A DNA stretch of 64,000 nucleotides from Dehalococcoidia bacterium (GCA_965221065.1 OZ244861.1:1697566-1761565), one strand, 5' to 3'; numbered from the stretch's first letter, positions 10,001-18,264 are shown. A program made the numbers and translations. The notes: generated by a model not told the origin, from the sequence alone.

Positions 10001-10306
10001 GAAGAGGGCGCCGGAGAGGGCGGGAGATGTCTCCATCAGGTCGATGCCGACAGTGCACCACTCACGCATGCGGTCGTAGGTGATCTGCTCGAGGACCGGG
10101 CCGGAGGCGCGGAAGTACTCGGACGAGGCTTCCCAGCTGCGCAGTGAATGCCGAGCGATCTCGAGCCCGTCTCGCAACCATTGGGCGAGTTCGTCGGGTT
10201 CGAGGATCGGTTGCACCGCTTCGAGCGCGGACTCAAACTCCTGGGCCAGAGCCGGCGGGAACTGGCGCAGTCCTTCTCGGGCTTCTTCGACGAGTTGTGC
10301 GGTCAT
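7043..10306 (-). CDS. CbbO/NorD-like protein with C-terminal von Willebrand factor A domain (1087 aa from the preferred start)
   Basis: The ORF track starts at 10375, but those first 23 codons read through REP copy C; the preferred ATG is 10306 (MTAQLVEEAREG...). The C-terminal VWA domain has MIDAS-like residues: AFLLDVSASTDEE, YGFSGYGRDNVEF, ILMLLSDGRPQD. The N-terminal ~700 aa are helical with the IYLPE...YKVFATHQAGRLEFGS segment seen in NorD/CbbO proteins. Long acidic low-complexity inserts are present. Confidence 0.75.
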   Translation of the reverse strand: MTAQLVEEAREGLRQFPPALAQEFESALEAVQPILEPDELAQWLRDGLEIARHSLRSWEASSEYFRASGPVLEQITYDRMREWCTVGIDLMETSPALSGALFRASPAVLPHLSVPQANDWASQGKSLYKGTWKSGSLSAQYFDVSPQILPHLPLSQMRLLVDLIDSLASHSYELASACLGMAPGVLSQLDRADRAPFLEFGGIVAHTAWVDARVYFERGPGALRQVGEEQRPRFLSLAGQVAMQVGRLGHPYFIESAQAMSEVDKDIHEGLLELAEQLAQHSGDAAMEFLKSSPRVALRLGIDDIARWQEFGLQILQQSRDGGEAFFRLESARGEEVMEALSSRVDLDRVSELIRMYCKALTGVDVGVKASEELTAKGVGWVDESSPTTEGTTIYLPENVERYPTKEENFSVYKVFATHQAGRLEFGSFEYQSRLDPSLFPSPQNGTQNGHGNGVAPAAVEGDEGEIHTDMELFFDQFEDRRLAHDLFTIVEDTRIDTIVKREYAGVRRAFSRLQQAAIDRRRPVEGMPARQAMVENLLRASLDEIGRIRWPNELAEEMRTPLRILNRIRNDGATVQDSAAATALLYEWLSQIPNVELDSEDWSDFEQEMSADPDDGEDSDMMPGSGSSGLEESFMPFMPGSEERPYDSPDPVDFRGDFKPELVQLLMKLKGETGTGDAPPIPLTKEQLQELLEKSVEISINELMDMDLAESSGMFLDNLLKEVNQIQGERQEGQQAMGDDSTGADDGEELPVEAASFYYDEWDFRAADYKPRWCRVQEQRGESGTSNYYTETLHEHTQLVQETRKQFEMLRPEMFRKMKRLTDGEDYDLDAVIEWYTEKIAGATSETKLFYRRNKVERDVAVAFLLDVSASTDEEIQKHHDQRQDDQFDDDPRKYLSWWAQRRAEAARHPGKRIIDLEKEATVLLIEALETIGDKYGVYGFSGYGRDNVEFFVYKDMDEPFGDRIKERIDKIAPVRSTRMGPAIRHCIWKLQNTDAKVKILMLLSDGRPQDHGYGRDRTEKEYAIHDTKMALTEARREGMVPFALTVDRAGHDYLKQMCQDMAYEVVADIESLPRRLPALYRRLTG

Positions 10307-10347
10307 GGGCGTCTCGTTTCGAGGGGGCTTGGGACCGGTCTCGGGAG

Positions 10348-10405
10348 CGGCCCCCCCTCTGTCACTCCGTGACATCTCCCCCCCGCTGCGCGGGGGAAGA
10401 ATGCG
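10348..10405 (+). repeat. REP-like double-hairpin element, copy C (variant first hairpin)
   Basis: gcggccccccctctgtcactccgtgacatctcccccccgctgcgcgggggaagaatgcgg. The first hairpin is TGTCAC-tcc-GTGACA instead of TGCC-ttc-GGCA, so pairing is kept with a different sequence. Confidence 0.85.
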
Positions 10406-10417
10406 GATTACTGCGCA

Positions 10418-10993
10418 TCACTGCGTCAGGCGGATCTCGTGGATCTCGGCGTGATCATCTGAGGTATCCAGCACAGCATAGGTCAGGACCTGCTCGGTCC
10501 CTCGCATTTCGCCGGCTGAGCCGGGGTTCACGATCAACGCGCCGCCGATTCGCTTGACCAACGGTGCGTGGGTGTGCCCGTAGATGATGAAATCGGCTTC
10601 TTCTTCGGCCAGCCGCTGGAGCTGCGGATCGTGCGGAAACAGGTAGTCGCGGTACGGCGCCCAGGGCGTCGCATGGAACATGAGCAGCTTCTTCGAGCCG
10701 AGCTCGGTGCGGATCAGATACGGCTGATCGCGGGTCCACTCCAACAAAGATTTGTCCACGCTGGCCGAGGCCTGGGCGCGTGCTCCCGCTTCAGAGAGCA
10801 GGATCTCCTCGTGGTTGCCGAGCACGTAGCGACCGCCGAACTGCTTGAGCCGCTCGGCGACGTCGTTGGAGAAGCGGTACTGGTAGCAGGCGTCGCCGGC
10901 GCAGAGCAGTTCGTCGATGTCGGCCATTTGCTCGACGGCGCGATCGAGCGCTGCCGCGTTGCAGTGAATGTCGGAGACGATGCCGATCCGCAC
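10418..10993 (-). CDS. Calcineurin-like metallophosphoesterase (YfcE/MJ0936-type)
   Basis: 191 aa. Motifs in order: IVSDIHCN, CAGDACY, GNHE, FHATP, GHTH. Confidence 0.8.
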   Translation of the reverse strand: MRIGIVSDIHCNAAALDRAVEQMADIDELLCAGDACYQYRFSNDVAERLKQFGGRYVLGNHEEILLSEAGARAQASASVDKSLLEWTRDQPYLIRTELGSKKLLMFHATPWAPYRDYLFPHDPQLQRLAEEEADFIIYGHTHAPLVKRIGGALIVNPGSAGEMRGTEQVLTYAVLDTSDDHAEIHEIRLTQ

Positions 10994-11011
10994 TGGACGC
11001 CGGGTCCGGTC

Positions 11012-11908
11012 CTAGTCCTCGAAGATCGAGGAGACGACTTCCTCGATGGAGCGCTGCACTTCGCCGTCATCGGTCAGCGGCCAGACGATGGAGACCTGGC
11101 AGGCTCGGCGCGGCGAGACGCCTGCGGCAATCATGCGGCCGGCGTAGATCAGCAGGCGCGTGGAGGCGCCTTCGGCGAGGCCGTGTTCGCGCAGGTTGCG
11201 AATCTTCTCGGCCATCTTGGCGAGGTTGAGGGCAACCTCGGGGCTGCACTCGGCCTCGTGCTGGACGATTTCCGCCTCGGTCTCGCGCGGCGGGTAATCG
11301 AACTCGACCGCGACGAAGCGCTGGCGGGTCGACTGCTTGAGGTCCTTGAGCGCCGACTGGTAGCCGGGGTTGAAGGAGATGACGAGCAGGAAGCCGTCGC
11401 GCGCCTGGAGGAGCTGCGACTTCTTCTCGACCGGCAGGATGCGGCGGTGGTCAGTGAGCGGGTGAATCAGGACGGTGGTGTCCTTGCGCGCTTCGACGAC
11501 CTCGTCGAGGTAGCAGATGGCGCCGGCCTTGACGGCGCGCGTGAGCGGTCCGTCGATCCAGACGGTCTCGTTGCCCTCGAGCAGGTATCGGCCGACGAGG
11601 TCGGAGGCGGTCAAGTCCTCGTGGCAGGCGACGGTGACGAGCGGCAGGTTGGACTCGGACTCGACCTCGGCCCTGCCATCGCGGACGACGGCGAGCGGGC
11701 GGTTGAGGTGGTAGGCCATGTACTCAACGAACCGGGTCTTGCCACAGCCGGTCGGACCCTTCAGCAGCACCGGAATCTTGTTGTTCCAGGCGGCCTCGAA
11801 GACTTCGACTTCATCCGAAACCGGCACATAGTACGGCTCTTCCTCGGCTCGGTATTCCTCAACAGCCCAGCTACGGTATTCGGTGATCGGTCCGGTGGCA
11901 GTGGTCAT
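11012..11908 (-). CDS. CbbQ/NorQ/NirQ-type MoxR-family AAA+ ATPase
   Basis: 298 aa. Walker [14 protein letters not shown], Walker [12 protein letters not shown]. Length and layout match the CbbQ/NorQ family. Confidence 0.85.
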   Translation of the reverse strand: MTTATGPITEYRSWAVEEYRAEEEPYYVPVSDEVEVFEAAWNNKIPVLLKGPTGCGKTRFVEYMAYHLNRPLAVVRDGRAEVESESNLPLVTVACHEDLTASDLVGRYLLEGNETVWIDGPLTRAVKAGAICYLDEVVEARKDTTVLIHPLTDHRRILPVEKKSQLLQARDGFLLVISFNPGYQSALKDLKQSTRQRFVAVEFDYPPRETEAEIVQHEAECSPEVALNLAKMAEKIRNLREHGLAEGASTRLLIYAGRMIAAGVSPRRACQVSIVWPLTDDGEVQRSIEEVVSSIFED

Positions 11909-11997
11909 AAAACGCTCTCCCGCTCTGCCGCATCGTCAGCGGCGAGTGTGTGCACAAGTGGTGATGGTGTTCTGTGGTTCCAGCCTATTGCTCGACG

Positions 11998-12594
11998 CTA
12001 TTGGGACTGCATCCCGGCCCAGGCGCGGGCGACCCGCTCAGCGGCGACCTCCATGCTGCAGTCGTTTGAGATCATCACATCGGCGTGCTTGAGCCGCTCG
12101 TCGTTGGTGATCTGTGAATCGATCCGCTTGTCCGCCTCGTCGCCGGAGAAGTTGTTGCGAGCCATCAATCGCTCGCGCGCCGTGTCGCGGCTGACGGCGA
12201 CGACCCAGACCTCGTCAACGAGGTCCTGCCAGCCGGCTTCGATCATGACCGCTGCTTCGAGCACAGCGACGCCCGTTCCGTTAGCGGCCAGGCGCTCCAA
12301 CTCGGCCTCGGCGAGCGCTCGGATGCCGGGCCAGACGATGTCGGTCAGGCGCTTCATGCCGTCCGAGTGACCGAACACCTTGGGCCCGAGCTTGCTGCGG
12401 TCGATCGTGCCATCCTCGGCGACAAGGTCGTCACCGAACGCGGCGACGACCTGATGGAAGGTATCGGTGCCAGGTTCATAGGTCTGATGACCGAGGAGGT
12501 CAGCGTCGATCGTAGCGGCCCCGAGTTCACGGAGCTGGTTGACGACGGTCGATTTGCCCGAGGCGATGCCGCCGGTGAGTCCAATCGAGCGCAT
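11998..12594 (-). CDS. coaE: Dephospho-CoA kinase
   Basis: IGLTGGIASGKSTV P-loop at the N-terminus. The ORF track start is 12615; the ATG at 12594 (MRSIGLTGG...) fits the family better. Confidence 0.85.
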   Translation of the reverse strand: MRSIGLTGGIASGKSTVVNQLRELGAATIDADLLGHQTYEPGTDTFHQVVAAFGDDLVAEDGTIDRSKLGPKVFGHSDGMKRLTDIVWPGIRALAEAELERLAANGTGVAVLEAAVMIEAGWQDLVDEVWVVAVSRDTARERLMARNNFSGDEADKRIDSQITNDERLKHADVMISNDCSMEVAAERVARAWAGMQSQ

Positions 12595-12966
12595 GGTCGG
12601 TTCGCGTCTCCGCATGTGTGGCGTCGTCCAGCCGCCTCTACCAACTGACCGATTACCGACCCTCGTTCAGGCTGAGGGCGGGTGGCTGGGCAACTGGCCA
12701 CGCGGACGCACGCTGAGGGCTCAGGCTATTGCTGTGGCCGAAACCGGTCAACCGGCGTTCGCCGGGCAGATGATCGGGAGATAGATGGTGGGGGATGTGT
12801 TATGTATCACAGTCAGCAGGACGCCTCCTACCAGATTGCTAGGGTTAACAACCAATTGACGAAATCGGCGGCTGCTGCTCTCGGAATCCGACAGGCGCAG
12901 CGCGCAACCACCGCGCACTCCGAACGACACAGTTCACTGCGCCGTTGACGAGCATGTGGGGAGCCA

Positions 12967-13461
12967 TTGATGGTTGCTACTGACAGGTCGGAAGGAATCA
13001 AGTCCGACACGATTGATTGCACCGATGGTCGCACTTGCCTGTTGGAAGCGGTTGAAGGGCTGAGGGCGGAGGCATTCGATATCCCCAATGTCGTCGGAAG
13101 CTGGAGCGTCCGCGACTGCCTCGCTCATCTGGTCGGCTGGGATGCCTGGGCCGTGAACGCGCTGGAGCGCTCGGTCGCAGGTATGCCTGTTGGTCCGTTC
13201 CCTACCGAGCGTGAGATCAACGACGCCGCGCCGGGAGACTGGGCGGGGCGCCCGCTCGACGACTTGCTGAACATGCTTCGCTCGATTCGCGACACGATGG
13301 CGAACCGGGTCAGTCAACTGACCGACGAAGAGCGAGACGAGAAGACGTTGTCGATCGATGAGACCGAGATTTCGGTCAACGAACTGGTTGACGGCTTGAT
13401 CGAGCATGAGACGGAACACGCCGGCCAGATCCGCACCTGGCGCAAGACTCAGGGCGTGTAG
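12967..13461 (+). CDS. DinB-family (DinB_2 / mycothiol-transferase-like) metal-dependent protein
   Basis: 164 aa. VRDCLAHLVGW...EHETEHAGQIRTWRK gives the His-triad pattern of DinB-like four-helix bundles. GGGGAG lies 7 nt upstream of the ATG. Confidence 0.6.
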   Translation: MMVATDRSEGIKSDTIDCTDGRTCLLEAVEGLRAEAFDIPNVVGSWSVRDCLAHLVGWDAWAVNALERSVAGMPVGPFPTEREINDAAPGDWAGRPLDDLLNMLRSIRDTMANRVSQLTDEERDEKTLSIDETEISVNELVDGLIEHETEHAGQIRTWRKTQGV

Positions 13462-13654
13462 CCCGTGATCTCGGCCTGACGAACTGTCGGGGCAGCCCTC
13501 CGCCTGGGCGGGGGCAGGCTCTCGTGGCTGCCCGGTGTGAACCAGGCAGCGTCCTCCCAGTTCCCGGGAACCTCTTCCTGGGCGAAGATCCGGAAGGCGA
13601 CCACCAGGGTCGACCCTGTCGGGAGCCCGCCGGTCAGTTACCTAGTTGGTTCCG

Positions 13655-14629
13655 CTAGTCGAGGGCTTCGGCGAAGGCGGCTTCGAGGGCGGGCAGGACC
13701 TTCTTGTAATCGTCGACGATGCCGAAACGGGAGAAGCTGAAGATTGGCGCGTCGGGATCCTTGTTGATCGCGACGATGTTCTTCGAGCCTCCGCAGCCGG
13801 CCATGTGCTGGCTCGCGCCGGAGATGGCGATTGCGACGTAGAGCGTCGGCGAGACGACTGTTCCGGTCAGCCCGACCTGCTGCGAGGGCGGGTACCAGCC
13901 GAGGTCGCAGGCCGCTCGCGAGGAGCCGACGGCGGCGGTGAGCACGCCGGCGAGGCTCTCGAGGTCAGCGAAGGCTTCCGGTCCGCCCAGCCCGCGACCA
14001 CCGGAGACAACGATCTCGGCGTCCTCGAGGCGGATGCCCTCGGACTCGGCCTGTTCCTTGCCCGTGGTCCTGGCCCGCAGAGTTGGCTCGGCCACGTCGA
14101 CCGCGATGACATCGGCAGAGCGCGAGTCGTCCGCTTCCAGCGGGTCCTGAGATTTGGGACGGACGGTGATGACCTGCGGATCGGTCTGGACGGTGACGAC
14201 CTGTCGCGCGTTGCCGCCGTAGCAGCTTCGCGTGGCCTTGACACGGTCACCGTCGACTTCCAGCCCGAGCGAGTCCATGATCGCGGCAGTGCCGAGTCGG
14301 GTGGCGAGACGCGGCGCGAGGTCGCGGCCCATGCTCGATTGCGACATCAGCACGACGGCCGGTGAGTCCTGCTCGACGATGCCCTGGGCAACGGGCAGGT
14401 AGCTGTCGGTCTGGTACGACGCGAGCGAGTCGGAGTCGGCGGTGTAGACGGTGTCGGCACCCGCCGGTCCGGCGGCGGATGCAGCGTCGGCCAGAGCTGT
14501 GCCGATCAAGGCGAGGGCGACGCCGCCGCCGAGGTCGCCGCTGAGGCGCGAGGCTGCGCCGAGCATTTCGAGGGTCGGTGCGGTCAGGCCGGCGTCGTCG
14601 GTTTCGCCAAAGACGAGGATGGAGGCCAT
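13655..14629 (-). CDS. etfA: Electron transfer flavoprotein alpha subunit
   Basis: 324 aa. The C-terminal FAD-binding signature reads [34 protein letters not shown]. Confidence 0.9.
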   Translation of the reverse strand: MASILVFGETDDAGLTAPTLEMLGAASRLSGDLGGGVALALIGTALADAASAAGPAGADTVYTADSDSLASYQTDSYLPVAQGIVEQDSPAVVLMSQSSMGRDLAPRLATRLGTAAIMDSLGLEVDGDRVKATRSCYGGNARQVVTVQTDPQVITVRPKSQDPLEADDSRSADVIAVDVAEPTLRARTTGKEQAESEGIRLEDAEIVVSGGRGLGGPEAFADLESLAGVLTAAVGSSRAACDLGWYPPSQQVGLTGTVVSPTLYVAIAISGASQHMAGCGGSKNIVAINKDPDAPIFSFSRFGIVDDYKKVLPALEAAFAEALD

Positions 14630-14653
14630 AGGTGGGTTCCTTCGTTGCGTTGA

Positions 14654-14703
14654 GGGGCGGCCCCCTCAGTCCCTTCGGGACAGCTCCCCCAGAGGGGGAG
14701 CGC
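14654..14703 (+). repeat. REP-like double-hairpin element, copy D (divergent)
   Basis: ggggcggccccctcagtcccttcgggacagctcccccagagggggagcgc. Hairpins are GTCCC-ttc-GGGAC and CTCCCCC-aga-GGGGGAG. It lies between etfB and etfA. Confidence 0.7.
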
Positions 14704-14712
14704 TTGAGACTA

Positions 14713-15516
14713 CTAGAGAATCTTGGCTTCGCGGAGGGCGTTGACGAGGCCAGCGGCCTTCTCTTCGGGGCTGTCGCCCTCGATGATTTCGACTTCGACA
14801 TCGCTGGTCGGCTGGAAGAGGGCATGCATCTGGATGCGTGAGCCTGCGGAGCCAACCTCCGATGCGTCGAGTCCGAGGTCTGCGGCTGTCAGCTCGGTGA
14901 CCTGCTTGCGCGCGGCCTGCATGATCTGGCGGAGCTGCGGGTAGCGCGGGTCGCCGAACTCATTGGAGATGGTCAGGACACAGGGCGTCGATAGCTCGAT
15001 GTTTTCGAAGCCGTCGGCGACCACGCGAGAGACGGTGATGCTGTCGCCGCTCAGTTCGACGGCTCGGAGGACTGTCGCGGAAGGCAGGTCGAGCAGCTCG
15101 GCGACGATGCTGCCCACGGTGCCCTGGTCCCAGTCAGCGGCCTGCCGGCCGAAGATCAGCACATCGGGCACGCCGAGGTGTTGGATCGCCTTGGACAGGG
15201 CGAGTGCGATCGTCCAGGCGTCACCACCTTCAAAGGCGTCGTCCTTGAGGTGGTAGCCCTCGTCGGCGCCCATGGCGAGCGAGTGCTTGATCGCGTCGCG
15301 TGCGGAGTCGGGTCCGAGCGAGATGATGTTGACTGTGCCGTCGCCGGAGGCGTCCTTGATTCTCAGGGCGGCCTCGACGGCCTGGGCGTCGAAGGGGGAG
15401 ATGACGGGCGAGATGCCCTGGGCCGGCAGCACCTGCATGGCGGCCTCGTCGACCTTGAAGGCGGCGGCGGGCGTTTCGGGGTCGGGAATCTGCTTCACGC
15501 AGACGATGACATCCAT
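14713..15516 (-). CDS. etfB: Electron transfer flavoprotein beta subunit
   Basis: 267 aa. The N-terminus MDVIVCVKQIPDPETP is typical of EtfB. The gene lies immediately upstream of etfA. Confidence 0.9.
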   Translation of the reverse strand: MDVIVCVKQIPDPETPAAAFKVDEAAMQVLPAQGISPVISPFDAQAVEAALRIKDASGDGTVNIISLGPDSARDAIKHSLAMGADEGYHLKDDAFEGGDAWTIALALSKAIQHLGVPDVLIFGRQAADWDQGTVGSIVAELLDLPSATVLRAVELSGDSITVSRVVADGFENIELSTPCVLTISNEFGDPRYPQLRQIMQAARKQVTELTAADLGLDASEVGSAGSRIQMHALFQPTSDVEVEIIEGDSPEEKAAGLVNALREAKIL

Positions 15517-15664
15517 CGGTTCCTCACTGACTGGACAGAAGAGCTCGAAACGGAGTCGAGCGGACGGGAATCAGGTCGCGCGTCCAATTCCGCATTGTGT
15601 CGCGGACAAGGTCGTCGGGCAGTCAGATGGGATACAGAATGACGCGCTCCGGCCCGCCCATCAC

Positions 15665-16006
15665 TCAGCCGCTTGTGGCTTGACCGTCGTCAGATCTGCT
15701 GAGCAGCCGATCGAGTTTGGCGTCCATGTCGCCGAGCGAGTCGATCACGTGTTCTCCAAGGCGGTCAATCTTCGCATCGAGTCCGTCGATGCGACCGTTC
15801 AACCGGTCCTCGACTCCGTCGATGCGCTCGCTCAAGCGTTGCTCGACTCCGCCGATGCGGCGATGGAGGGAGTGGAGTTCGGGAGCGAGGGCGTCAACGA
15901 GTGCATCGGAAATGCGACGCTCACTCCCGGTCTGCGAACTCGGCAACCGCGAGCGGGTTCGTTGCGCAATCTCGCGCGCGGTGGGTTCGGGTTCAGGTGA
16001 CGACAT
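15665..16006 (-). CDS. Hypothetical coiled-coil protein built from 11-residue repeats
   Basis: 113 aa. Repeat string: RIGGVEQRLSE RIDGVEDRLNG RIDGLDAKIDR LGEHVIDSLGD MDAKLDRLLS. At DNA level, cga(g/c)tccg(t/c)cgatgcg recurs at 15778, 15811 and 15844, exactly 33 bp apart. Confidence 0.55.
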   Translation of the reverse strand: MSSPEPEPTAREIAQRTRSRLPSSQTGSERRISDALVDALAPELHSLHRRIGGVEQRLSERIDGVEDRLNGRIDGLDAKIDRLGEHVIDSLGDMDAKLDRLLSRSDDGQATSG

Positions 16007-16026
16007 TCAGAATCCCAGATTCCAGT

Positions 16027-18264
16027 CTAGGCATCTGCCTGCCTCTCGGAAACCGCCGCCGCCTGCAGTAACTCCGCCACGTCCAGCACCTTGAGCTTGT
16101 CTTCGTCCTCGACGTCCAATTGCACGGTTCCGATGCCGGAGTCGAACATCTGGATGCAGAAGGGGCAGGCTGTGCAGGCGGCTTCGACTCCGGTGGCGAC
16201 GGCTTCCTCGACGCGGACCTCATTGACGCGGCTCTTGCCCTGCTCTTCCATCCACATGTTGCCGCCGCCGGCACCACAGCAGAGGCCTTGCTCACGGTTG
16301 CGGGGCATTTCGATCAGGGTGACGTTGGGCACCTGCTCGAGGATTCGGCGCGGGGCTTCGAATATGTCGTTGTGGCGGCCGAGGTAACAACTGTCGTGGT
16401 AGGTGATGGTCTGCTCGGGCACCTCAGCGCTCGGGACCAAGCGACCCTCCTCGACGAGCTGCTCCAGCAATTGCGTGTGATGGATGACCTGGAACTTCGC
16501 GCCCATGTCCGGGTACTCGTTGAGGAAGGTATTGAAGCAGTGCGGGCAATGGGTAATGACCGTCTTCTGCTCGTCGTTGACGCCGGTCTCGTTGAACAGC
16601 TCGATCAGGCCCTCGGCGAGGATCTGGTAGAGGTATTCGTGGCCCAGGCGACGTGCAGGGTCGCCGTTGCAGGATTCCATTCCCTTGATCACGCCGAACG
16701 AGACATCGGCCTCGCGCAGAAGCGAGACGACCGAGCGGGTGATCTCCTGGGCGCGATCGACGAATGCGCCGGTGCAACCGACGAAGTAGAGGTAATCCTG
16801 TTCGCCGATCCATTCGGGGACCTGGTCCTCAAAGCCTTCCATCCATGACTCGCGCGTGTACGGCGTGCCGCGCCAGGGGTGACCCTGGCGTTCGAGCGTT
16901 TCGAGGGTGCCCTGGACGGTGTCGGGCATGCGGGCTTCTTCCATGACCAGCGAACGCCGCATGTCGACGATCGTGGGCACGTGTTCGATGAAGACCGGGC
17001 AGGCTTCGACGCAGGCCCCGCAGGTGCGGCAGGCCCAGAGTGACTCGTCGCGCACGACGCCGCCGACCATGGGCGCCTCATCCTCGAGGCCGAAGTTGAG
17101 GTCGTTGCCCTGGACGAGGTTGGCGACCTTCTGCTCACCGACGGCGGTGGCGTAGGACTTGAGGTCCTGGATGATGTGCATCGGCGAGAGCGGCTGGCCG
17201 GCGATGTCGGCCGGGCAGTTGTCGGTGCAGCGGCCGCAGCGCACGCAGACGTCGAGCTCGAAGATCTGCTTCATGGTGAAATGCTCGAGCTGGGAGACGC
17301 CGAAGTGTTCCTGTTCCTCGATGTTCTCGATCATGTCGAGCTTGCCCGGTGCAGAGGTGCGCTTGAGGAAGGCGTTGGCCGGTGCGAGCACGAGGTGGTT
17401 GAGCTTCGAGTAGCCGAGCAGCGTGATCCAGGAGAGGGCGCCGACCATGTGGATCCACCAGAAGGTGGTGTGGATGTCCAGTGCGGCGGAGATCCTGACG
17501 CCGGAGAACATCAGCGCGACGACGTAGCCGACCGGCGACCAGTACGACCACTCGGGATGCACGTCGATTTCGGAGGTGTGAATGCGCAGACCCTCGACGA
17601 TAAAGCCGGTGACCAGCAGTATGCCGAGGCCACCGAGAATCAGCCAGTCCTCCCAAGTTGGGAGCCATGCGGTGCGTGGTCGGACCCAGCGATGGGCGAT
17701 GGCCATGGCGACGCCGATGATGCCGACCAGACCGAAGATGTCAGCGACCAGCGAGTACCCGAGGTAGCGCGGACCGACGAGGATGTCGACCGGGATGTAG
17801 TCGTCGATCGCGAGCAGCGCCGTCACGAGGAAGAGCACGATCATCGAGGTCATGATGCACAGGTGCATCACGCCTGAGTACGGGTCGTTGAGCACCCGCT
17901 CGGTACCGGCGCCACCCTTGAGCACCCGGGCCAGGCGTTGGGGCATGTTGTCGAAGTTGAAGCTGGGCTTGCCCAGTCTCCAGACGCGTGAACGGCGGAC
18001 GAGGCCGTACACGATGATCCCGATCACGAACGGGAGCAGCATGTAGAGCACCCAGAAGTGATCGATGTTGAAGAAGAGTTCGCGGTGCGCGCCGGTCACG
18101 CGGACGGTCTCGGCGCCGGAGACGAGCAGGATGCCGCCGAGCGGCAACCAGGCGGGAATGGCCAGGGCCGAGACCCGCTTGCCTGTCGATGTCGCGCTGG
18201 TCTTGCGCTTGGACTCAGCCGATTCGGTCACCGCAGCACCCCCAACCGACAAGCCGATCTTCAA
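16027..18264 (-). CDS. Membrane-anchored Fe-S oxidoreductase (N-terminal polytopic membrane domain + 2x[4Fe-4S] + HdrD/GlpC-like CCG domains), EtfD-like
   Basis: 745 aa with about six N-terminal TM helices. Ferredoxin motifs CVRCGRCTDNCP and CRTCGACVEACP. Cys-rich CCG-type segments FVGCTG...CNGDP and CYLGRH...GLCCGAGGG. Adjacent to etfBA. Confidence 0.75.
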   Translation of the reverse strand: MKIGLSVGGAAVTESAESKRKTSATSTGKRVSALAIPAWLPLGGILLVSGAETVRVTGAHRELFFNIDHFWVLYMLLPFVIGIIVYGLVRRSRVWRLGKPSFNFDNMPQRLARVLKGGAGTERVLNDPYSGVMHLCIMTSMIVLFLVTALLAIDDYIPVDILVGPRYLGYSLVADIFGLVGIIGVAMAIAHRWVRPRTAWLPTWEDWLILGGLGILLVTGFIVEGLRIHTSEIDVHPEWSYWSPVGYVVALMFSGVRISAALDIHTTFWWIHMVGALSWITLLGYSKLNHLVLAPANAFLKRTSAPGKLDMIENIEEQEHFGVSQLEHFTMKQIFELDVCVRCGRCTDNCPADIAGQPLSPMHIIQDLKSYATAVGEQKVANLVQGNDLNFGLEDEAPMVGGVVRDESLWACRTCGACVEACPVFIEHVPTIVDMRRSLVMEEARMPDTVQGTLETLERQGHPWRGTPYTRESWMEGFEDQVPEWIGEQDYLYFVGCTGAFVDRAQEITRSVVSLLREADVSFGVIKGMESCNGDPARRLGHEYLYQILAEGLIELFNETGVNDEQKTVITHCPHCFNTFLNEYPDMGAKFQVIHHTQLLEQLVEEGRLVPSAEVPEQTITYHDSCYLGRHNDIFEAPRRILEQVPNVTLIEMPRNREQGLCCGAGGGNMWMEEQGKSRVNEVRVEEAVATGVEAACTACPFCIQMFDSGIGTVQLDVEDEDKLKVLDVAELLQAAAVSERQADA

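Noticed and set aside
10307-10375. N-terminal extension of the VWA protein (track start at 10375)
   Set aside because: The extra 23 codons are the translation of REP copy C. The internal ATG at 10306 gives a sensible N-terminus. Similar REP- or repeat-derived extensions were trimmed from the cupin gene (27310..27456).
10568-12370. 600-aa plus-strand ORF
   Set aside because: It lies antisense to three well-supported minus-strand genes (phosphoesterase, CbbQ-like ATPase, coaE). It has a G/D/V/A/R/E-rich composition with no motifs, the typical shadow ORF of high-GC DNA. The same reasoning applies to 19394..21127, 8852..9847, 44224..45579, 46071..47129, 60199..61467, 51659..52693, 13646..14365, 34455..35501 and 35502..36389.
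13488-13535. Structured GC-rich inverted repeat (GGGCAGCC...GGCTGCCC) between the convergent DinB-family and etfA genes
   Set aside because: It is probably just a bidirectional transcription terminator or stabiliser hairpin. It has no T-tract and is not repeated elsewhere in the window, so it is not reported as a separate feature.
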